In this document: positions 59,514-64,000 of the stretch, one piece after another | Layout: every line of letters starts with the position of its first letter | Position numbering within the stretch: position 1 is the first letter of the stretch | Source of the DNA: Bacteroidota bacterium | GTDB lineage: Bacteria; Bacteroidota; Bacteroidia; Flavobacteriales_D; Crocinitomicaceae | Assembly: GCA_041163605.1 (NCBI GenBank) | Contig: JBEAQY010000066.1 | Span: 1,910 to 65,909 of the forward strand | Reading direction: 5' to 3' | DNA length: 64,000 nucleotides | Position numbers and translations under genes: made by a program | Notes under the pieces: generated by a model | What the model was told of the DNA's origin: nothing | The model's input: the letters and a program-made list of their open reading frames with translations, nothing else | The model's database searches: none

Positions 59514-60100
59514 AGCGTTTAATGGACGTCGTATTTTCCTTATTTATTTTAATTGCCTTCTTTCCGTTCGGATTGATCATTGCGATTTGTATTGCGTTGG
59601 AATCACCAGGAGGGGTATTTTATCGTCAAGAGCGTATTGGGCTCGGCGGAAAGCCATTTATGATCCTTAAATTTCGTTCAATGCGTCCGAATGCAGAGTT
59701 GCATGGCAAACTAACGGTGGGAGCGCGCGATCCACGTGTTACTCGAGTAGGAGCCTTTGTACGAACATATAAGCTTGATGAATTCCCTCAATTTATTAAT
59801 GTGTTAAAGGGAGAAATGAGCGTAGTTGGTCCTCGACCAGAAGTATTCGATTATGTGAAACATTATTCGGAGGAGCAATGGAGGGTATTGGAGTATAAGC
59901 CAGGTATTACTGATTTAGCTTCTATTACCTATTTTGAAGAAAATAAATTATTGGCTAACGCTTCGGATCCTCAAAAGACCTACATTAATGATATTATGCC
60001 CGCCAAAATCCGGATTAATTTGGATTATCAAATCCAATCTAACATTTGGACGGATTTAGGCGTAGTATGGAAAACTGGAATGAGAATGATTACTAAATAA
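59510..60100 (+). CDS. Small monotopic phosphoglycosyl (sugar-1-phosphate) transferase, PglC/WecA-independent type
   Basis: MKRLMDVVFSLFILI...ESPGGVFYRQERIG..GKPF...KFRSM...DE.PQF.NVLKGEMS.VGPRP, the bacterial sugar transferase family. Confidence 0.85.
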   Translation: MKRLMDVVFSLFILIAFFPFGLIIAICIALESPGGVFYRQERIGLGGKPFMILKFRSMRPNAELHGKLTVGARDPRVTRVGAFVRTYKLDEFPQFINVLKGEMSVVGPRPEVFDYVKHYSEEQWRVLEYKPGITDLASITYFEENKLLANASDPQKTYINDIMPAKIRINLDYQIQSNIWTDLGVVWKTGMRMITK

Positions 60101-60108
60101 TCTATTTA

Positions 60109-60963
60109 TTAGGAGTGAATTGTAATCTTATATCTGTGTGTTGAATGACTTCCCGACGCAAGCGACATTATACCTTCTTTCTCGTTTATGTTACCGCTTG
60201 AATCCAGTGCATCTGCCCATCCCCACCACGGTTCAATGCAGAAAAATGGAGCACCAGGTTTGGTCCATAAACCGACTGCTGTCCATGTGTCGCAATGTAA
60301 CGTAAGTAATTTTGGACCATTTATTCTTCCAAATCCTATGGATTTAAAAGGGGGGGATTTAATTACAATTGCATCGGAGGCAAATAAATCATCAGACAGT
60401 TCGAACTTCCTTGAAAGTTGAATTTCTTTTGTTTTATTGTTGTAGTAATTTCCTGTAATTAAGTGTTGTTGTACCGAGTATTCCGCTCCAAAATCGAGAT
60501 AGTACTCCGAGATTTTCCCATCGATGTGGAATCCAGGATGCCCGCCAATACTATAGTAGAGTTTCGCCGAATCATTGTTAGTAACACGGTGTTCAATTTC
60601 TAGGGTATTTTGGAATAAGGTGTATTTCACCAGTAGTTCGAAGGCAAAAGGGTATAGGGCTCGGGTTTGTTCATTATCTGTTAGCCCCAAGGTGATGGAA
60701 TCTTCTGAATGTTCCAATACCTGAAAAACTTGATCCCTGGCAAAGCCATGTTGCCGCATGCCATACGATTGATGATTCAGCGCATACTGATCGTTAAGTA
60801 AGCGTCCAACAACGGGAAATAGAATTGGGGCAAAGCGATTCCATAGCTTGTCGTTTTTTTGCCATAACAAGTTCCCATGGGTTGCGTGACTCAGTTCTTG
60901 AATTTCTGCACCCAAGGGGTTGATGTAAACTTCAAAATGAGTTGATTTAATTATGAACATCAA
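60109..60963 (-). CDS. Aldose 1-epimerase family protein
   Basis: ...APILFPVVGRL...MRQHGFAR... and ...GGHPGF... match the galactose mutarotase-like fold family. Confidence 0.72.
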   Translation of the reverse strand: MMFIIKSTHFEVYINPLGAEIQELSHATHGNLLWQKNDKLWNRFAPILFPVVGRLLNDQYALNHQSYGMRQHGFARDQVFQVLEHSEDSITLGLTDNEQTRALYPFAFELLVKYTLFQNTLEIEHRVTNNDSAKLYYSIGGHPGFHIDGKISEYYLDFGAEYSVQQHLITGNYYNNKTKEIQLSRKFELSDDLFASDAIVIKSPPFKSIGFGRINGPKLLTLHCDTWTAVGLWTKPGAPFFCIEPWWGWADALDSSGNINEKEGIMSLASGSHSTHRYKITIHS

Positions 60964-60986
60964 TACATTTTACAATATGGGAATAT

Positions 60987-60994
60987 CAAAATTA
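60987..60994 (-). promoter_or_regulatory. -7 box (TAATTTTG on - strand) upstream of the aldose epimerase gene
   Basis: Plus strand reads CAAAATTA, 23 nt upstream of the ATG at 60963. Confidence 0.4.
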
Positions 60995-61025
60995 TTGTAG
61001 AATAGTTATATGTATCTGCAAAATA

Positions 61026-62231
61026 CTATTCTTTATTTAATTCAGGTTCACCATCAATTGATTTTTCGTCTGCCCCTTTTGATTTAAATTGAGCGAGGAT
61101 TATTAGTATTGATGTAATAAGAATGACCTGAGTTATCAAAGAATTATTTATAAATGAAATTTGATTCGATTTATCTATTGTGACAAAAAGCAGAATGGTA
61201 ATTAATCCTCTTGGAGCATTAAACAATAATTGGCTATTTAGCTTCTTTATGAACAATAGAAAAATTGCCCTTATCACATATATCGAAACGCTAATAGGAA
61301 TAGCCAATGATAAAGTTTCAAGATTTTTCAAATCCTCTATTTCGATTAGGAATCCAAAAATTATAAAAAAAGTAATGCGAATTAAAAAGGTACCCTCTGC
61401 TAAAATTTCTTTAAATTTTAATGTTTCATTAGATAGTCTAGTTAAGTTGAATTGTCTCAACCACTTTTTAGATTTGAGCAAATCGATGTTGGCTAAGGTT
61501 AAACCAAAAATTAAAATAAAAATTAGGGCTGGTAAATGAAACATTTTCGATACTGAATAAATCAGAACAATTAAAATTATTATTGGGATGAATTTTATTC
61601 TGTGCGTAATTCTATTTAACAAGAAACTCAAACCAAGTGTCGAGAATATGGAGATTAGGATGATTATAATTAACTGGACTCCGAAGGTACTGAAAGCCTT
61701 CAAGTCAATTATCTCGTTAATGAGTAAAAAATTAAAAAATATGACTCCAAAGATATCAGAGAAACTGCTTTCATAAATTATGAATTCTCTATTCAATATA
61801 ATGAAGTTTCGAGCACTGGGAATAGCAATTGCGCTGCTAATGATACCTAAAGGTATTGAATTGATTAAAGCAATTCTCCACGTAGTATTTGTTAATGATA
61901 ATAATGTATAGGAAAAAATGCCAATAAGAACTATAAATGGGATTAATGACATAAAAAATGATTGACGAATAATCTTTGTTTTTTTAGTCGTAATTTCTAG
62001 TTCAATCGATCCATCAAGGACAATCAGTATTAACCCAAATGTACCCACAATGGGCAAGATTAATTGAATATTAGGAATAATAATATCGAATGTTAATGCA
62101 ACTTGTTTCAGCCCCCACCCAAGTGCTAATAAAATAATTACGGTAGGTAGTTTGGTTTTGCTCGATGTAATATCAAACACATAGGCCATTAAAATTAGCA
62201 CACAGAGTAAAATAATTATTGTATTTGACAT
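61026..62231 (-). CDS. Polytopic membrane protein, cation:proton antiporter (CPA)-like
   Basis: 401 aa with about 11-12 hydrophobic helices and a short acidic C-terminal tail. The overall architecture resembles Na+/H+ exchanger family proteins, but I saw no diagnostic motif. The DNA is very AT-rich. Confidence 0.45.
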   Translation of the reverse strand: MSNTIIILLCVLILMAYVFDITSSKTKLPTVIILLALGWGLKQVALTFDIIIPNIQLILPIVGTFGLILIVLDGSIELEITTKKTKIIRQSFFMSLIPFIVLIGIFSYTLLSLTNTTWRIALINSIPLGIISSAIAIPSARNFIILNREFIIYESSFSDIFGVIFFNFLLINEIIDLKAFSTFGVQLIIIILISIFSTLGLSFLLNRITHRIKFIPIIILIVLIYSVSKMFHLPALIFILIFGLTLANIDLLKSKKWLRQFNLTRLSNETLKFKEILAEGTFLIRITFFIIFGFLIEIEDLKNLETLSLAIPISVSIYVIRAIFLLFIKKLNSQLLFNAPRGLITILLFVTIDKSNQISFINNSLITQVILITSILIILAQFKSKGADEKSIDGEPELNKE

Positions 62232-62233
62232 GC

Positions 62234-62812
62234 TTACTTTTGCTTTATATCAACGGTAACATTAAGCTCCTTGTTCAGATAGTATTCAATTTGTTCAATC
62301 TCATTTCTTGAATTATAATTAATTTCGATTTGTTCTACAGGGTCATTGTCTGTTACATTTTTTATCAAATCATCATTCATTAGGTCGCCAAAATGTTTTA
62401 TAAAAGTGACCGGTTGATTTAATTCATTATATTTTATTTCTAAGGTGTAAGTAAATTGTTTACACATTCCACAACCCGAAAATAATTGATAAACGAGTAA
62501 TCCATTTTCGTTATAATAATTTTTAAAATAATAATTCGATCTCAATGACTTTTTTTCTTCAGGTTTCCACCATGAAACTTGCATTTTTTGTTTATGTGAA
62601 ATGGATGTTAAAGTGTCTGGAATAATTTTTAAAATTTGGACTTGGTTTTTTATCAAGGTTAAATTCAAATTTGAATCCCTAACCAATGGAATACTCGCGG
62701 TATATGCTATGTTTTTCGATGATGTATATTTTTTTTCAACCAGATAAATAGTGTCTTGCCCATACATTTTAAAGGAAGAAAATATTAATAATAATCCAAC
62801 TTGTTTTATCAT
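62234..62812 (-). CDS. Hypothetical secreted protein
   Basis: 192-aa ORF with a signal-peptide-like N-terminus (MIKQVGLLLIFSSFKMYGQ) and a CGMC motif. 2-nt gap to the downstream membrane-protein gene. No family recognised. Confidence 0.5.
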   Translation of the reverse strand: MIKQVGLLLIFSSFKMYGQDTIYLVEKKYTSSKNIAYTASIPLVRDSNLNLTLIKNQVQILKIIPDTLTSISHKQKMQVSWWKPEEKKSLRSNYYFKNYYNENGLLVYQLFSGCGMCKQFTYTLEIKYNELNQPVTFIKHFGDLMNDDLIKNVTDNDPVEQIEINYNSRNEIEQIEYYLNKELNVTVDIKQK

Positions 62813-63009
62813 CTCCTAATTTACAAAAATTCAACTTTACAAAAACTAATAGCTAATTTAAGTTTGTTAAATAAACAAAATGCCCATGCATAGAATTTAT
62901 TATTCTCTCATTTGTTTATACCTAATCTTTTACACTTGGATTAAAATATACACTTTCTCAATATCAAGTCGATTTACGAGTAATTATTAGTTTACTATAA
63001 GAGGTAATC

Positions 63010-63459
63010 TTACAATTCGTCGATGAAGAATTCAGCTTGTTCAAAAAATGTAGTTATTGAATTGTTTAATTCTTCACTGTTTGAGCCAAATGAATCAAGA
63101 ATAATTTTCCTAGTATCTTCCTTAGAAAGCTTTAGTCGATAATGATATTGAATAATTAAATTACTAATGTTTTGAATGTAGTGCTCTTGTGCCTCCAATT
63201 GAGCCAACAGCTCAGGGTCTTTATCAATGTATTTTTGGTACATTTCTAACGAGAGGTCAGACGTAATAAACCAATCATCGGCGTTGAATCGAGATGCGAA
63301 GGACAATTCTACACGTTTTATACCGTTGCAAAAAGCACAATGAGGGCCTGGAACCCAAAAAAATATTCTACGTAGTCGAATAATATCTTGTTTGTCCACA
63401 TGACCTTTACCAAGGCACCTTGGACAATCAATTAATTTACTTTTATCTTCAAAATTCAT
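63010..63459 (-). CDS. Hypothetical protein with N-terminal CxxC...CxxC zinc-ribbon-like motif
   Basis: 149-aa ORF with CPRCLGKGH...CAFCNG followed by a predicted helical acidic region. No family recognised. Confidence 0.5.
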   Translation of the reverse strand: MNFEDKSKLIDCPRCLGKGHVDKQDIIRLRRIFFWVPGPHCAFCNGIKRVELSFASRFNADDWFITSDLSLEMYQKYIDKDPELLAQLEAQEHYIQNISNLIIQYHYRLKLSKEDTRKIILDSFGSNSEELNNSITTFFEQAEFFIDEL

Positions 63460-63480
63460 TTAATAGCTATTTTATATTGG

Positions 63481-63834
63481 TTACCCCTCAATTACAATAG
63501 AAACCTCTGTTGTATCCCCATCAATAGGCGGAGATAGTTTGTGAATTTCAACCCGAAGGTTCAATACTCCTTGGAGTTCTTTTTTTATTCTTGAAACGAT
63601 CCGTTGTCCTACGTGCTCAATCAACTTCGACCGAATGCCCATTTCATCTGCTACTATTTGTTGCACGGCGCAATAATCTACGGTATCAATTAATTCATCG
63701 CTAGCTGCGGCCCTTGAAAAGTCGGTGTCAATCGTTACATCTACCGTATAATTTCCACCAATGCGTGCTTCCTCTTCCATGCAACCATGAAAAGAATAAC
63801 AGCGAATACCCCGAACGTGAATTTTATGCTTCAT
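63481..63834 (-). CDS. folB: Dihydroneopterin aldolase
   Basis: 117 aa with MKHKIHVRGIRCYSFHGCMEEE..IGG.Y.VDV...D....A.SD.L.DTVDY, typical FolB. Confidence 0.85.
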   Translation of the reverse strand: MKHKIHVRGIRCYSFHGCMEEEARIGGNYTVDVTIDTDFSRAAASDELIDTVDYCAVQQIVADEMGIRSKLIEHVGQRIVSRIKKELQGVLNLRVEIHKLSPPIDGDTTEVSIVIEG

Positions 63835-64000
63835 TCAGAATAGCGGCAATTTTAGGTAGATTTTCTTTCATGCGATTTAATACTTCATCTTTCCCAAGAA
63901 ACGCGCTCACATCAAACATTCCCGGACCAGCGCCAACACCTGTAACGGATAAACGATAAGGGAGCAATACAGCGCCAATACCCAAGCCTTTCTCTTCCAA
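63824..64000 (-). CDS. gltX: Glutamate--tRNA ligase, C-terminal end (N-terminus outside the window)
   Basis: Hand translation of the - strand gives LEEKGLGIGAVLLPYRLSVTGVGAGPGMFDVSAFLGKDEVLNRMKENLPKIAAILNEA*. This resembles the GltX C-terminal ...LR.ALTG...GP.L......LGK.E...R segment. It overlaps the folB start by 11 nt. Confidence 0.6.
   Translation of the reverse strand: MEEKGLGIGAVLLPYRLSVTGVGAGPGMFDVSAFLGKDEVLNRMKENLPKIAAILNEA

Noticed and set aside
60964-63480. Low-GC islet interpreted as a prophage or integrative element
   Set aside because: I found no integrase, recombinase, phage structural gene, tRNA attachment site or flanking direct repeat. Only the composition and the unknown genes support foreign origin, so it is reported as a finding and not called a mobile element.
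63714-63959. 81-aa + strand ORF at the right edge of the window
   Set aside because: It is antisense to folB and to the gltX C-terminal coding region, both of which have recognisable translations.

Overview
Chromosomal segment of a Bacteroidota genome, most likely Flavobacteriia-like. Evidence for this: gldF/gldG, type A and type B T9SS C-terminal sorting domains, TAnnTTTG -7 promoter boxes, and rplQ-carA-eno synteny. Coding density is high and most genes are core. Contents in order: dnaN (partial); DUF4340-gldG-gldF; phoH; purC; a tightly coupled operon of response regulator, VWD-domain protein and PafA-like phosphatase; a second kinase-less response regulator coupled to tsaB; zapA-rny; aroG/CM-aroA; acnA; a block of secreted proteins (S8 peptidase with SprB repeats, PhoD, a type B T9SS protein). 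Next comes one uninterrupted ribosomal-protein supercluster of about 17 kb (rpsL to rplQ, including fusA, secY, infA and rpoA), followed by carA-eno. After that lies a mosaic surface-polysaccharide locus (49.6-60.1 kb) and a three-gene islet of markedly low GC (61.0-63.5 kb) before folB and gltX (partial). I found no rRNA, tRNA, CRISPR array, transposase or integrase. The items most worth follow-up are: (1) the regulator/VWD(GDPH)/PafA operon; (2) a terminator-like GNRA-capped hairpin in the leader of the second orphan regulator; (3) a phased repeat cluster upstream of the S8 peptidase gene; (4) an 11 x 18-nt tandem repeat that adds an acidic Ala/Pro/Glu tail to L17; (5) the low-GC islet; (6) -7 boxes abutting start codons, which implies leaderless mRNAs. 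All functional calls come from reading the translations and motifs by eye. No database search was possible.
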